This document shows, piece after piece, positions 1 to 14,604 of a stretch of DNA of 64,000 bases. The DNA lies in the NCBI GenBank assembly GCA_964016885.1, contig OZ024742.1, positions 335,854,001 through 335,918,000 of the forward strand. The letters are read 5' to 3'. Numbering within the stretch: the stretch's first letter is position 1; every line of letters starts with the position of its first letter. Below the pieces are notes generated by a model that saw only the letters and a program-made list of their open reading frames with translations, was not told the DNA's origin and ran no database searches. This DNA is from Eledone cirrhosa (Eukaryota). A program made the position numbers and the translations under genes.

Positions 1-240
1 GGAATTAACGTGTAAGTGGCCGAGCATTCCACAGAGACGTGTACTTTTAACGTAGTTTTCAGGAAGATTAAGCGTGACACAGTGTGAGACAAGGCTGATC
101 TTTTGGATTACAGATACAATTGATGATTTTCCAGTTGGAGCAACGTGAAATAAAGTGTCTTGCTCAAGGTCACAAAACGCCACCGAGTATCGAACTCATG
201 ACCATACCATCGTGACCCTAACCATTAAGCCACATACCTT
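1..240 (-). mobile_element. tRNA-derived SINE, family A (CORE-like), cut by the window edge
   Basis: Reverse complement shows an A/B-box-like head (gtggcttaatggttag...gagttcgatac) and tgtgaccttgagcaagacactttatttcacgttgctcc. Similar copies at about 13870-14230 (+) and 48500-48810 (+). Confidence 0.7.
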
Positions 241-509
241 AACAAACATGTAGATGTAGCCTGACATTAACTTATGTTTCGCTCAAACGGAGCTAATCAA
301 ATGGATTGTATGTATGTTTAGTTATTACTGAGCCATGATGTGGTTGGCTTACATTTTTGCTGATCCCCAATATTACAAACATCTCTTAATTATAATTGTG
401 AATAACGATATTAATATTTATATCAATTACTATTAGTTTCATATCCTAGTCCCCTCAGTTTTATAGTTCTACATATTTTAACCTTTTCCTGCCTGTTAAC
501 TTTAGTGTA

Positions 510-630
510 CACTGAATTGGCAAAATCGTTAGCGCGTAGGGTAGAATGCTTTCCGGCATTGTTCCGGCTTTCTGCCTTCTCCGTGTTCAACTCCCGCCGT
601 GGTCAACTTTGCTTTTCATCCTTTTGAGTT
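510..630 (+). mobile_element. tRNA-derived SINE, family B (Meta-core-like), 3'-truncated
   Basis: gttcaactcccgccgtggtcaactttgcttttcatcc matches the family B copies at 46477-46893. Confidence 0.65.
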
Positions 631-843
631 GTGAGATTGAATCTTTTTCTTTCTCCTACTCCTTTCTCCTTCTTTGGAAGAAATCAGCTGTGTTCTGACC
701 GAGAGAATGGGTGGGTTCTGCTATAGAACTCAGGTACAGTAATGGGTAAGAAAAATTGTTATTTCCCGTAGGACAATATAAAATCAGGACACATTTTTAT
801 AAGGTTTGGAATTTAGTAAAAAACATATACACGTTGAATAAAT

Positions 844-936
<93 letters not shown>

Positions 937-1139
937 TAGAGAGACAGCGAACTGAGACCCTGTTCGTTTTCAACACAATAACGATAAAGAGGAAGATGAG
1001 AAATATATATAAGCTAGATAGATAGATAGACACAGGTAGATAGATAAAAGATAAATATATAGCTATAGTTAGATAGATAGATATAGGTAGGCAGACAGAT
1101 AGAAAGGTAGACAAATAGATAGATGGATAGTTAGATAGA

Positions 1140-1440
1140 TTTCTTTATTTGCCACAAGGGCGCATAAGAAAAGGGGACAAAACAAAGACACATGCCGGGG
1201 ATTTTACATACAATTGTGTAAAAATATTGAAACAAACAAATTTAACAATCGAAATCTCCAATAGGCGGGAGGCGCCTCAAATAGGTTGTTTAATACCTCG
1301 TAGATAGAAAATCCCTCAACTTCAGGAGCGTGTTGTGCAAGTGCTCCTTTCTTCCTTTTGCTCGCTTCTTCAACCTACAGGTTTATATACAGAGAAGGCC
1401 ATTTTTGCCACATTCACCCGCCTTTCAGTAAATTTACTGG
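1140..1440 (-). mobile_element. Tx1/L1-clade LINE 3'-end fragment
   Basis: Similar to the 3' end of the 24077-29469 element (aacctacagg...agagaaggcc; ...gtggcaaataaagaa terminus). Abuts (GATA)n. Confidence 0.7.
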
Positions 1441-1630
1441 GGTGATAGGGAGATAATGTGTGTCAAAATGATTGGTTAATGTTAATATAGGGATGCTAAT
1501 ATCGGTTAATTCTGTATCGCCCTGTCAAGGAAGTTCCGTTTCCCGAGAAATACTATGAAAGTTGACGTTAGAAACTATGTTGTATGGCGAGACTTTGACA
1601 AATTGGCTGGAAGTGATCTGAGGAAATTGG

Positions 1631-1719
<89 letters not shown>

Positions 1720-2196
1720 TAGGTACGGGGAGAGAGAGAGAGAGAAAATAAGGAAACAGAGCGAGCAGAAGAGGAAATATAGAGAGATGAATGATTGAGA
1801 AGGAGAGAGACAACCAAAGAGAGGGATAAGGGAGAGGAAGAACGAGAGAAGGAGACGAGACAGAGGAGGATAATAGAGAGAGAGAGAGTGGGGAGACAAC
1901 TAGAAAGAGGTATGAGGGAGAGAGAAAAAGAGAGCATTGTTTAATAGAAAAGGTCACCAACCGACTACTACTTTTTCAAGCATTTCAAAAATGTCTAGCC
2001 AGGAAAAGACTTCAACAACCAAACAGACTCAAAGAAAGCTCCTAGAACTTCAGGATTGTGTGTCACCGCAAAAGAAAACCTTATATAGGTGACAAAAATG
2101 ATTAGATTCTAACGGTTTATATTTCGATTTCGATCAACAAATTTCATTCTAGACTGAGATTCGTTGTTTTAAAGTTAATGTTTAAAAAATAACCTG

Positions 2197-2756
2197 CATT
2201 ATAATAAATGTTCGGTAAACCCATACGTACATATATATATGTGTGCATGTATGTATATATATACATACTACTGTACGTCTTTATACATATATGTATGCAC
2301 GTATACATACTTATATTTAAGTATCAGCCGTACTAAGAGTGAGAAATGAAATTTCGTTTCATTCTTTTCCATTTATCGTTTTCGGTACACCCGGCCGACT
2401 AACTCACTCGATATGCAAATTATGCTGCTCAGCCGTTTATATGCATAAGGAAAGTATATACTTTCAAATTTTCGATCATCTGACAGGAAGGTATATGATG
2501 CTGACGATAGCTAATAAGCTTGAAACTAGTTCATTGTTTCTTTGTCAGTGTTGAACAAAAGGGCAACGATGGTTGCCGAACACTGTACGGCTTAATTCGG
2601 GCTGTTTGTTTACAAACAAACCGAACATTATAATAAATGTTCGGTAAACCCATACGTACATATATATATATATATGTGTACATGTATGTATATATATATA
2701 CATACTACTGTACGTCTGTATACATATATGTATGTACGTATACATACTTATATTTA
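2197..2756. repeat. Direct repeat of about 125 bp (2197-2319 and 2626-2756)
   Basis: cattataataaatgttcggtaaacccatacgtac...tatacatacttatattta occurs twice with few differences. Confidence 0.85.
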
Positions 2757-2784
2757 TATAAGCATATATATATATATATGTATG

Positions 2785-3015
2785 TAAAAGGTAAACAGAA
2801 ATAACAACACAATCAGTATATGGAAGGGATATATTAGGTTAACACTTGATATAGCAGGAAGAGGGTCTTAACGTTTCGGACGCTAGTCTTTTATCAGAAG
2901 AAAGATTGAGAAATAAGATAGATTGAGGGGACAGGGGGGGGGAGGGGGGAATTGGAAAAAATGACTTTAGATAAAAATAACAGGTCCATTCATGTTGAAA
3001 TCTCTTGCAAATATA
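2785..3015 (-). mobile_element. Penelope-like element (Neptune-type) pseudo-LTR fragment with a degenerate hammerhead at 2866-2901
   Basis: Reverse complement of the 44920-45147 region. Hammerhead core reads CTGATAA instead of CTGATGA. Confidence 0.75.
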
Positions 3016-3305
3016 TATGAATATATAAGTATATATATATATAAATTAGAAACAAGCATTCGACTAAAAAAACTTTTGCCTGAAAGTAGGGTTTAGAACC
3101 CTCTAAGAAACGGAAAAGGGTGAGTATTGACGTATATGGGAGTTGAAGCACCATCTTTGGTTACCCATATATATATATTTATATATATATATATACTGTA
3201 TATATTTTATCTAATTATTCTTTGGACTTTCATATATATATATATATATATATTAACCACATAAAAAATCATATATATATATGTATATTAACACATAAAA
3301 AATCA

Positions 3306-3457
<152 letters not shown>

Positions 3458-3776
3458 TCCAAAGAATAATTATATAAAATATATACAGTATTTCCTCTCC
3501 CAATCAGTATAAATTAACCACATAAAAATTCATTTAAACGAGGCTATAAGCTTAAAATGTACTTATGTAGAAATAATAGACAAATGATACAGATTATTTT
3601 CCGCGATGTACAGCCATATGACACTTATCTAATTATTTCTTCCAGCCTGTAGACATTGACTAGACAAATAGTTAACTACACAGAATTAGGTACAAAATAG
3701 AAGTTTGTTTTATCTAAAGTCATTTTTTCCAATTCGATCTCGCCCGTCCCCTCAATCTATCTTATTTCTCATTCTT

Positions 3777-3812
3777 TCTTCTGATGAAGGACTAGCGTCC
3801 GAAACGTTAAGA
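3777..3812 (+). ncRNA. Minimal type-I hammerhead ribozyme (PLE-type), intact core
   Basis: tctt-CTGATGA-a-GGAC tagc GTCC-GAAA-cg-TT-aaga: stem I tctt/aaga, stem II GGAC/GTCC, palindromic stem III ACGT, cleavage triplet GUU. Confidence 0.8.
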
Positions 3813-3828
3813 CCCTCTTCCTGCTATT

Positions 3829-4345
3829 TCATTTTGGCTGCTGGCCTCTTCTTTTCTTACCAGCCAACCTTCCTTCCAGGCATAACCTACTCACACCACG
3901 AGTTGATCTTTTCATATGGCCGTATAGTTTGAGTACTTTTGACTTGACAATTGATGCAATTAGTTTAAGTTTGGTAATGATAGAGATACGGTCGCTGAGC
4001 CGCTTGCCAGTCATTAGTCTCATGATGTGGTTCTGGAATGTAGAGAGCTTCTGAAGTAACCTTGTCGTCCAATTAACACAGTCAAGACCATATAACACAA
4101 CTGGTAGGAAGTAAGTATCAAAGATCTTAGTCTTCAAATGATAGGAAACTCGTTTTGATGTTTGTACTTTGTTGTTCTTGTTGAAAGCTTCCCAACCTAG
4201 AACGATTCGATATTGCGCAGCAACCATTCCATTGTTGTTTGATGATAGTTTGTGACCGAGATATACAAACTCCGTAACTTGAGCAATTTGCTGGTTGTAG
4301 ATTGTGAGTTGGAGATTGGTATTGTTTTTATCAGTTGTCACACCT
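3829..4345 (-). mobile_element. RTE-like LINE fragment, RT C-terminal region
   Basis: ORF carries VTEFVYLG, PVVLYG, LYGHMKR and EGRLAGKKRRGQQ motifs typical of the RTE ORF C-terminus. Confidence 0.8.
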
Positions 4346-4454
4346 TTTATTATTATTATATGCTTACTCGCTGCTTAAAATTTATATACTTTAACTCTTG
4401 TATGACTGTATTTATCTGCATAAATATCGACATATATCTGCGTTTATTTGTATG

Positions 4455-4514
<60 letters not shown>

Positions 4515-4617
4515 GTGTGCGTGTGCGTGTGCGTGAGTGTGTGCGTGTGCGCGTGAGTGTGAGTGTGTGTGTGTGTATATATATATATATTTATATATAT
4601 ATATATATATATATGCA

Positions 4618-6839
4618 GAGATTATATTTAACAAACATACAATTAAACTATCATATTCTACCACTATGAATTTAGCGCAGAATATAAATAGAATTAATAA
4701 TAGAAACTTAAAAACTTAACCAGAATAACATTAATACCTCTAGCAATATTCAATATAATGATACTGTTCCCAATAATATAAATTCTGATAAATGTAATTG
4801 TAGAAATAAATCTAACTGTCCTTTAAATAATAACTGTTTAGTTAAAAATGTAGTATACAATTGCAATGTCAAAACCAATGATAATTCTTTTAACTATGTC
4901 GGCTCTACCTCGACAGACTTCAAATCTCGTTTCAATAACCATAAATGTTCCTTAACGAATATTGGTAAAAAATCTTCAACTTCTCTATCCAACATATTAT
5001 GGAACTTAAAATCCAATAATATAAACTATTATTTATCTTGGAATATTGTCTCCAAAGCACCATCCTACACAGCTTTATCCAAATGTTGCAGCCTATGCGT
5101 CGAAGAAATATTCTTTATACTAAAATGTAAGAACTCTATTAATTTGCGTAATAATTTATTTAGTTCTTGTAAACATCGTTTAAATTCAGCTTTTAGATAT
5201 ATATATAAAATGTAATATATGGTTAATCTTCCTTACATAATGTTTTCTATATCCAAACACCTATAATCTCATCCCTCAGATTATATCTATATATGATTCA
5301 AGAATTTAATATAATTCTAACCTTAATAACTTCCTAAATATATAAAATACACTTATTAAATTTTTAATTTACTCCTTAAAACCTTTACTTTCGAATATTT
5401 CTACTTCATAAATATACTCTGTATTATTACACTTATCAATCCTACCTCCAAAAATATATCATAACCTTTTTGTATGACTACTTGAAACTCTTTTGAGAAA
5501 AGGTTTTGAAAATTCTAAAAATTTCCTTTGAAAGACTTTCTGAAGGTTTTTGAGAATTTAAAAAAAACTTTTGGCAAAATGTTTTTGAAAGATCCTTTTG
5601 TAAGATACGGAAAAACCATTATCTTCATATCTTCCTATATTTTCATATCTTCCAAAATTTTAAACATTTTTAATATTTATGTATTTTCATATATTTCCAG
5701 ATATTTATATATATGTGGAATAATGTATGGTTTATGTTTTAATTATATTTTAAAATGAATTTTTATAGCTTTTTATTACTTCTTATAAATCTTTTTAAAG
5801 AGATTTTTATGTATCCTTGGAGTCATTTGAGTTTCTAAAAAAATCCCTTTTAACTCCCTTTAAACTTCCTTATTGTTTTTATAATCTCAATTTTTATAGT
5901 CTCAATTTATAGTCTGAAATTTTAAATGGTTTTAGTATATACTTCTAATTAAGTACTTATTCCTTTGCAAACTCTTGTAATTTTTTGTAATCTTTGGAAT
6001 TATTTAGGTGTTTAAGATTGGACTTACAACTATTAATAAATTCTGGCTAAATATAATTTTGCCAAACTTACTTTAATTAAATAAACTATACTAGATTTTT
6101 TTCCAATGTAAAATACTATACATTTAAATAATTTATAATCTATAACATAACATACCCATCTAAACCCATATATTATTAATACATCTTAATATATTTTAAA
6201 TACTTTTTTTTGTAATATATCCTATTTTCAATTAAATTTTTAATTAAATTTTAACAACATTTTTAAATTTTAACAATATTTTTATTTATTTTTATTTATT
6301 CTTAATTTAATTTCTAACTTATCATTATAAATATTATAAACATAGCATAATGAACGTTATATTTACGATTTGAGTATTCATCCATGTAAAACTCATTTCT
6401 TCGCTCGCTTCTCTTCACTATCACTATGCATAATCTTGTCTTTCTCCTTCTCTCTTTCTCTTTCTCTTTTCTTCCCTCTCCCTTTCACTATTCTTTCTCT
6501 CTCCTCTTCAATATTTTCTCTCTCTCCCTTTTATACCTCCTTTTCACTACTTTCTTCCAACAGTATAATTTAAATAAACCGTTGTTTTTTCAATTTTTCT
6601 GACACTCATTTGCATACTCACTCAGAACTTTGAATCACCCTCAATAAAATATTATTTCCACTATCCAGCGAACCTCAACCGTTAAGGTTGTCTTTATGCA
6701 AGTATGTCAATATTTATTTATAAAACAAATTTGTATTTTATCTGATGAAAGCGCCCCATAATTTGCCTTGGTTGCCCTTGAAATATATATAATAAAATAA
6801 TTATGGTTTTATAAATATAGTTTCCATTTATTAATATAT

Positions 6840-6845
<6 letters not shown>
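4618..6845 (+). mobile_element. 5'-truncated Penelope-like element (Naiad-type GIY-YIG endonuclease remnant about 4618-5215, then AT-rich 3' region)
   Basis: Manual translation: IFNKHTIKLSYSTT...KCNCRNKSNCPLNNNCLVKNVVY...YVGSTSTDFKSRFNNH...CSLC...SCKH. Hammerhead at 6734-6799. Both ends lie in (TA)n. Confidence 0.8.
6734..6799 (+). ncRNA. Minimal type-I hammerhead ribozyme, intact core
   Basis: tattttat-CTGATGA-aagcgc...gccctt-GAAA-tatata-TA-ataaaata: 8-bp stem I and palindromic stem III. Confidence 0.8.
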
Positions 6846-6879
<34 letters not shown>

Positions 6880-7062
6880 GTACATATATTTGCCTGCTTG
6901 TGAATGTGTATGAGAATGTGTAAATACGTATATATATGTGTATGTGTGCATGGGCGAGTATATGTTGTTTTATGTTATATACGTTTAAGTGTATGTGCGT
7001 ATGCGTATGCTGTGTAGAAGATTATGTATGTGTGGAATTTTGTATCTATTTGTGTATATGTG

Positions 7063-7135
<73 letters not shown>

Positions 7136-7819
7136 ATGCGTATGTGTATATGTATATATATAGTGTATATATATGTTTATGTAAAATTTTTATCCCTTTG
7201 TTTTTTTGTTTCTTTTTTCATAGCTAATTTCTTTTCAATATTTATTATTTTTTATTACTTATTTACCGCTCTTTCTGTCCCTCCAAATTAAATATTTTCT
7301 ACCTCTCTTCTTAGTCCAGTTGCCTTTAATTCACAGCGGATAGCAGTAGAAATATCTTCAATGCAAGATGTGACAAACTTACCTCGTACTTTGAAATCTT
7401 TTTGAAATCTTTCTAAATAAATGCACTAATGCATGGGCATAATAATGAATGGACATAATAATATTATTATTATTATGTAATCAGCATTATGTAGACTTAT
7501 ATTGTATTGAAACATATGTTAAAGAACAAACTTTTGATATAATTCTTCACTTTTTTTCTATACTTCACGCCTAGTGTTTGTTTTTCCTATACATTTAAAA
7601 ATAATTTTACTCCCTGATCTTCCAAATTGATACTATACTCTGATCCCTCTTATTGGACTATTACTATAACTTACAAGGACCATGTTGAGAAAAATTCTTT
7701 GGTAAGCAATCTAACTTGTTTTATTTTTACTCATACATTTATTCATATATATATGTGTGAGTGTGTGTGTGTGCGCGTGTGTGTGTATGCAAATATATAT
7801 ACATATGTATATTGCACTG

Positions 7820-9790
7820 CATTATAACCACCAGACTAACACCCAGGATAATTGTAACTGTAGAGGTAATAGAACCTGCCCTTTAGATAAAAAATGCCTA
7901 ACCAAGGATATCATATACTCATGCATCGTCACAACTAGCAACTCTTCAGAAACCTATGTAGGCTCCACTTCTAACTGCTTCAAAATCAGATATAATTCGC
8001 ACATCCACTCGTTCAAAAAGCACAGTCTAGCCAACTCCACCTCACTATCTAGCTACATACACTATCTAAAAACTAAAAATAAACCTTACACACTCAAAAG
8101 GTAAGTGATAGGTAGCGCGACTTCGTACAAACCACCTAATAAATTTTGTAACCTCTGTATACTAGAGACCCACAATATTATCTTCTCTAACCGTAACCTA
8201 CTTAACAAAAAATCTGAAGTGTTTGCAACTTGCCAGCACCGCTTCAGACATTCCTTCCAATACTTTAAGCCCAATATATAGCAATGTCGGACTTGAACCA
8301 AACACCCCCTCTAGCATCAAACACCAGGGCACATCTTATACCACATCCCCAACACTCATTGATCTAATATAACACAATTCGCGACATCCCTCTAGAACCC
8401 TTCGCAGGGGGAATACCCCTTTGTACTTCTACTTTAGGTGTGACAACATCCACTTGCTTGAACTGCACTACACCACTTTATAGTTAATTTAAGCATTGAA
8501 TTGACTGTCTTGTTGGTGCTGTGCGGAGGAAGTGCCATCGTTGGACAAATGAAAAACTAATTAATCTAGTAACGCGGATGAGCTGTATGACCGGTATGTT
8601 GAGTGCAGTGATTGAGTGTATTGCAAGTGGCGTATGGGTTGTACATATATGTATGATTTGATGGTCAGATTGGAGTCGTGAGGACTGTGGATTGACCTCT
8701 GGTCGGCCCTGGTGATGATTATCTTTCGACATCCAATGTAGCAAGCACTGACCCGGAACTTACCAGGATCATTGTGTGTTGAAGTGATTCTGCAATCACC
8801 TTGCCTGGTTCTTTGAGTAGACTGCCATCACAGAGATCATTAATTTAGAATTCTCGCTCGTCGTGTATAATATTCATTTGTGGCACTCTGCGATGGGGGT
8901 TAATCACCATAATAAGACCACCTTCAGCACAACTTAATAGACTACTCTATCTTTAGAAATTTTTTAGAAACTGCGCATAACCATATAAGTTAGGGTCTAT
9001 TTTGAGACACAATTTAATAGTTAGTAATAGAAACCACTGAGTTACCTCCCCTCATGCATTAACTCCCCTTATCCACACACACACTTCCGGGTAGTATTTC
9101 AATGTCGATTCTCGCAACGTAACACCCTCCTGTATCGAGCTAAAGAACATCAGACCACGATTCTCTAACTGGATTGTCAAACGCCCAATATCGAATCGTC
9201 GTGGATTATGTGAGGGGGGGCATATAATCTGAAAAATACGCTCCCCAGACTATGAAAATGTCGCAGTGCATGAAACCCATATCATCGCTTCGCTACGCAT
9301 TCCCAATATTTTTAATGCTTACACTATTTTTAATACTTATATTATTTCTCCACGCACAGACTATAACAATCATATAGAGAATTCAACACCAGATCAACCA
9401 CCTTAACACTCTCGATTACCTGCTTAAGTGCTTCTATTACACATAACTCTCTGCCATACTATATAAACAAGACGCACGTGCTTGCCACACATATAACCTT
9501 TGCACTATATAACCGCTTAATTTCATGTATTTTAACCTGTATTTTTGATTGTATCTTTTAATATGAATGTAATTTCTAAGTGTGTACTGCCACACTAAAT
9601 GCTATAATGAATGTTGACCCACAATATTTGCATATGTATCTGTATGTCTCTTGGGTGATAAGGAGGTCATATAAGTGTTCATTCAATAATAAATTGCTCC
9701 GAAGAATCCAAACCTCGGTTTGGAGGAAACAGTTGTAAGCATAAAAATGTTTTGAACAGCTCTTTGATTCTTATAATTCATATATACTGT
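7820..9790 (+). mobile_element. 5'-truncated Penelope-like element (Naiad-type GIY-YIG remnant about 7820-8280) with a degenerate hammerhead at 9695-9741
   Basis: CNCRGNRTCPLDKKCLTKDIIY...TYVGSTSNCFKIRYNSH...CNLC...TCQH. Hammerhead: tgct-CCGAAGA-a-TCCAAACC tc GGTTTGGA-g-GAAA-cagttg-TA-agca. Continuity of the intervening sequence with the element is inferred. Confidence 0.7.
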
Positions 9791-9868
9791 ATATACATTT
9801 ATATGCACGTATGTATCCATACACACACACACATATATATATCAATATACATGTATGTATGGATGTAT

Positions 9869-9940
<72 letters not shown>

Positions 9941-10339
9941 TCAATTTACCCATTCAAATTGTCTAAAGAAATCAATATTTTTGGTTAATCCGCACTCAGA
10001 AATATCTGATTTACTTCATTTAAACAGTTATGTTGATTTTAATTAATTCAATTCAAAGAAAATTACACATTTCGCTTTCAACTGTAGACTGTGTTTTCCG
10101 CCATTATTTCTTGTTTCTTGTTTTATATGGCCATTGACATTGCTTAGAGTTGTTGTTGTTTTGTTGTTCTTCTTGTTCTTGTTCTTGTTCTTGTTCTTGC
10201 TGCTGCTGTTGGTTTTGATGTTGTTGTTGTTGCTCGACGTCGTCTTTGTTGCTCTTTTATATATTTGAGGAAATTTTTACAAAAAACATTTCGTTTCTGT
10301 CCATCGTGTTCCGCCCTCCATTATCAAAAATAACCAGCC

Positions 10340-11213
<874 letters not shown>

Positions 11214-11639
11214 AATTCAAAAGTGACAAAGACGCTGTGTGGTTACTAATAAATATTATTTAGAAGACGTAACAGAAACACTATTATTTTCATTTATGGA
11301 TAGCATTGTTGTTGTAATTGTTGATGTTGTCACTGTTGTTTCTCTCTGCTGCTGCTGTTTTTTTGTTGAGTATGCTGTTGCTTTTGTCGTTGAGTATGTT
11401 GTTGCTACTCTTATTGTTGTGGTTGGTGCTATTATTGTTGTTGTTTATGTTGTTGTTGTTGTTGTTCCTACAACTCTAGTTGCTGTTTTAATTATTTTTA
11501 ATTATATTTTCTTACAGATTACAATTTTTTTTTTCTTTTTTACATCATACAACGCACATTAATTTTTGTTTTAAAGAAAATAAAAAATAAAAAAAACGTT
11601 ATAAACCAATCAAATATAACAATTAAATGCACAATTAAA

Positions 11640-12260
11640 TACTGAAACCCCCCACGTAAAGGGTGTTCGTAGCAGATGGGCCGTCTCACCAGTGGAACCT
11701 GTCCTTTCCACAATAAGTGAAAGAGCAAGCACTCCAATCTAGTGAGGCGCAGACCGGGCAAGGCTCAACGGTCAGGTGATAATAGATGACGGATGCGATG
11801 TACGCGTTCACCCACACCCCCACTAGACATTTCAGAGATAGCTTCATCTACCACATTTCTAGGTAAGAGTGACCACTGTCCTCAAGTAACTTGATCGGTC
11901 CGTCTGCCCAGCACCAGATAACTCTGTTGAACGGCAGGGATTTGCTTCTCCGAGCTGTAAACCCACCAACCTATCCGGGTTGATTTATGCCCCCGTCAAT
12001 GTTTCGTATTCCGCTAAGAATTTGCTGTCCATCTCGATTTCCTAAGTGCTCGACACCATCATGTTGACGTCGTCCGCATATGCTGACACAGTCCTTCTAC
12101 GTCCCGGTTCGGAGTCAACACATACAGAAGGGAGGGCAGAGGACATCCTTGAGTGACCGAGCGCGTGATTTGAAACGTTTTCGATAGATCGCCAGTTACT
12201 CTGAGCATGAGCAGATACCGTTATTCATTGCAGCGATCCAATCTCTGAAGACTTCATTAA
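11640..12260 (-). mobile_element. Degraded Tx1/L1-clade RT fragment
   Basis: VSAYADDVN on the minus strand near 12065-12092, and LLWKGQVPLVRRPIC..HPLRGG, homologous to 25130-25804. Confidence 0.8.
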
Positions 12261-12459
12261 AAAAAAGGTGAGCCAGCTGATTAGCAAAGACTTAGACATC
12301 GATAAAATACAACCAGTCACGTTTGGACAGTAATTTGTTTTAACCATTCCATCTGGTCAACACAAGAGACAAAAAAGACAAATAGCGCTGTAAATGTTCA
12401 GTTATGTTCCATTCACTAATTATAGACACGGCATTTCTAGTGAAATAGACATTGTATTT

Positions 12460-12600
12460 GGAAGAGTCGTGGTAAAGTCGTATAGAATGTTCTGCAATAT
12501 TCGCTTCGGCTCTCTGAGTTCAAATCTCGCCGAAGTCAACCTTGTCTTTCATCCATTCAAGGTCGAAAAAAAGTTTTAGTCTAGTACTGGGATCGATTCT
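12460..12600 (+). mobile_element. SINE family B, degenerate
   Basis: ctgagttcaaatctcgccgaagtcaaccttgtctttcatcc. Confidence 0.6.
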
Positions 12601-12884
12601 TCCTCTATATACCTTTCTCGCTTCCATTATCTCACTCTCTATCCTTCTCTGGTGGAAATCTGCTATATTCAAACCTGGATAAGATATGGGCCCGCCAACT
12701 TAAAAAGAAAAATGCCCTGGAAACGCCGTCTGTTAAAACGCCCCCCACCCCGACTCCTCCAGTAGTTACGGTATCAGAATAAAATGCACGTATGTGTGTC
12801 TGTAGTTTCCAAGGGTAATAATACAAACTAGTCAATGAGACGTTGTCACATCCCCTTCTACAACCTTTACCCTTCTCAACTTAC

Positions 12885-12981
12885 CAGCGGCATATCACCA
12901 CCACTTATCTTTTCTCCTTTCCTGATATGTTCTGTGTCGTTGTTTTAAGGATATTTCATCCGATATCAGTTGACGATTTTC
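12885..12981 (-). other. Candidate host exon (97 nt), possibly 5'UTR ending in ATG CCG CTG
   Basis: Minus strand: cattttacAG|gaaaatcg...gatATGccgctg|GTAAGT, in non-repetitive-looking sequence. No linked exons identified. Confidence 0.3.
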
Positions 12982-13310
12982 CTGTAAAATGCTGCTATAT
13001 TGTAGAACAATTAAGAGGAGAGCGAGGCACAAGATGCCGCTGTGAATCCGTGCCGCTGTGAATCCGTTTCGAACCTCCATTTAACGAAGCCACGTAATTT
13101 TACATAGCATCACTTTCATCAAACGAATGTCGTTCTAACACTTAACACTCTAAGTGGGTTGGAGCAAGAGACGCGAATTTCAAATCTTATTTCGCCATCA
13201 ATTAAATACAGAATATATGATTTCCCTTTAAGTTGCACAGGTTTAAATTTAAAAAAAAGAAACAATTTTAGCAATTTATCTAACAAAGAAATATCACTCA
13301 CAATACGCAC

Positions 13311-13373
<63 letters not shown>

Positions 13374-13869
13374 ACACACACAAAACATATCACACATAAA
13401 AACAACGCACAACACACGTGACACCACAGGCATGTAACACCACATACACACACACATGTGACACACCACACACAGTGCGTAATCTACACAAACAACACAA
13501 AACACTTGCACATACACTCACCCGATCACAAACACTAACAGCCGTCTTCTATTTTCGTCTATTTGTCTCAATTTATTTATATATATTGCTTTTACTTAAG
13601 ATAAAATATAACATTTCTTATAAAAGATGGCAGCGAGAGAAAGAAAAATGGTTTGAAAGAGAAACACAGGGGGAAAAGAAAAACATTAATTTTCTTGGTA
13701 AATGAGATAACGTTTAATATTATGTTTTATAATAATGTCGTCGGCGTTTCCTCGTTGTCACTGATGTTTCCATGGTTTCTGGATCCCCGTGGCCATTCTC
13801 AAGTTAGTTTGGAGAAAGAATCTCAGGTTCAATGCCAACAGTATTAGGTATTTAAAGTCTCAGTATCCT

Positions 13870-14230
13870 TGGCACAGTTGATGCAAACATCGCTGAACGG
13901 TCAAGAGGCTTACTTTGTAATTATGAGGTCTCAGATTGGATCGCACTGCGAGGCATTTTGTGCAAGTGTTTTTTACCATAGCCTCGGGTCAACTCGAGCC
14001 CTGTGAGTGAAATTGTGAAGATGTAAACTGTTTGGAAGCCTTTTAGATGGACTGTACCTGTAATTCAAAGGTCCAGCCTGGTCACCCACTAATTCACGTT
14101 GACTACATATGGGAGGTGTATTTACTACACGTGTCTGTGAAATACCCAGCCAATTACATGATAATTTCTCAACTAGGCTATTCAAGCTGATCGAACAACT
14201 GGGACACACATTGTCGAAAGAGAGGGAGGC
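13870..14230 (+). mobile_element. SINE family A, degenerate
   Basis: Similarity to 1-240 and 48500-48810 (ctgtaattcaaaggtccagcctggtcac...acacgtgtctgtg). Confidence 0.55.
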
Positions 14231-14604
14231 CTGTTCTAATCCTATCATTGATACAGTAATGTTGAGACAATAACAGGCCTGTTAGATTGCACAGAAATGT
14301 CGCAGGCTTAGTGTGTCATTCTCTACATTGACAGCTCTCGTTTCTCATTGTCCATATTGGCACCTTCTTTCGTCTGTCATTGTCCACATTGACACCGCCT
14401 CGCGTTTCTCATCGTTCACACTGACACCTTTCGTTTGTCATTGTCCACACTAACATCGCCTCTCGCCTGTCATTGCCCGTTCTCATTGACACCTTCTCTC
14501 GTCAGATAACACAGATATGTTTTGGTTTCAACCTGTCATGTTGAAAAATCTATTTTTTTTTAATTTACAATGATAAGTAGAGAAAGTGTCCGTTCACGGA
14601 AGAC

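Noticed and set aside
1990-2095. Short ATG-initiated frame (MSSQEK...) as a Tc1-like transposase start or host exon
   Set aside because: Too short, with no TIR or catalytic motifs identified.
8711-8755. C/D box snoRNA (GTGATGA...CTGA)
   Set aside because: Only about 40 nt box to box, with no recognisable guide sequence.
9100-9400. APE-endonuclease-like remnant (VAVHETH) inside the PLE 3' region
   Set aside because: Only one short motif, amid frameshifts; not supportable without a profile search.
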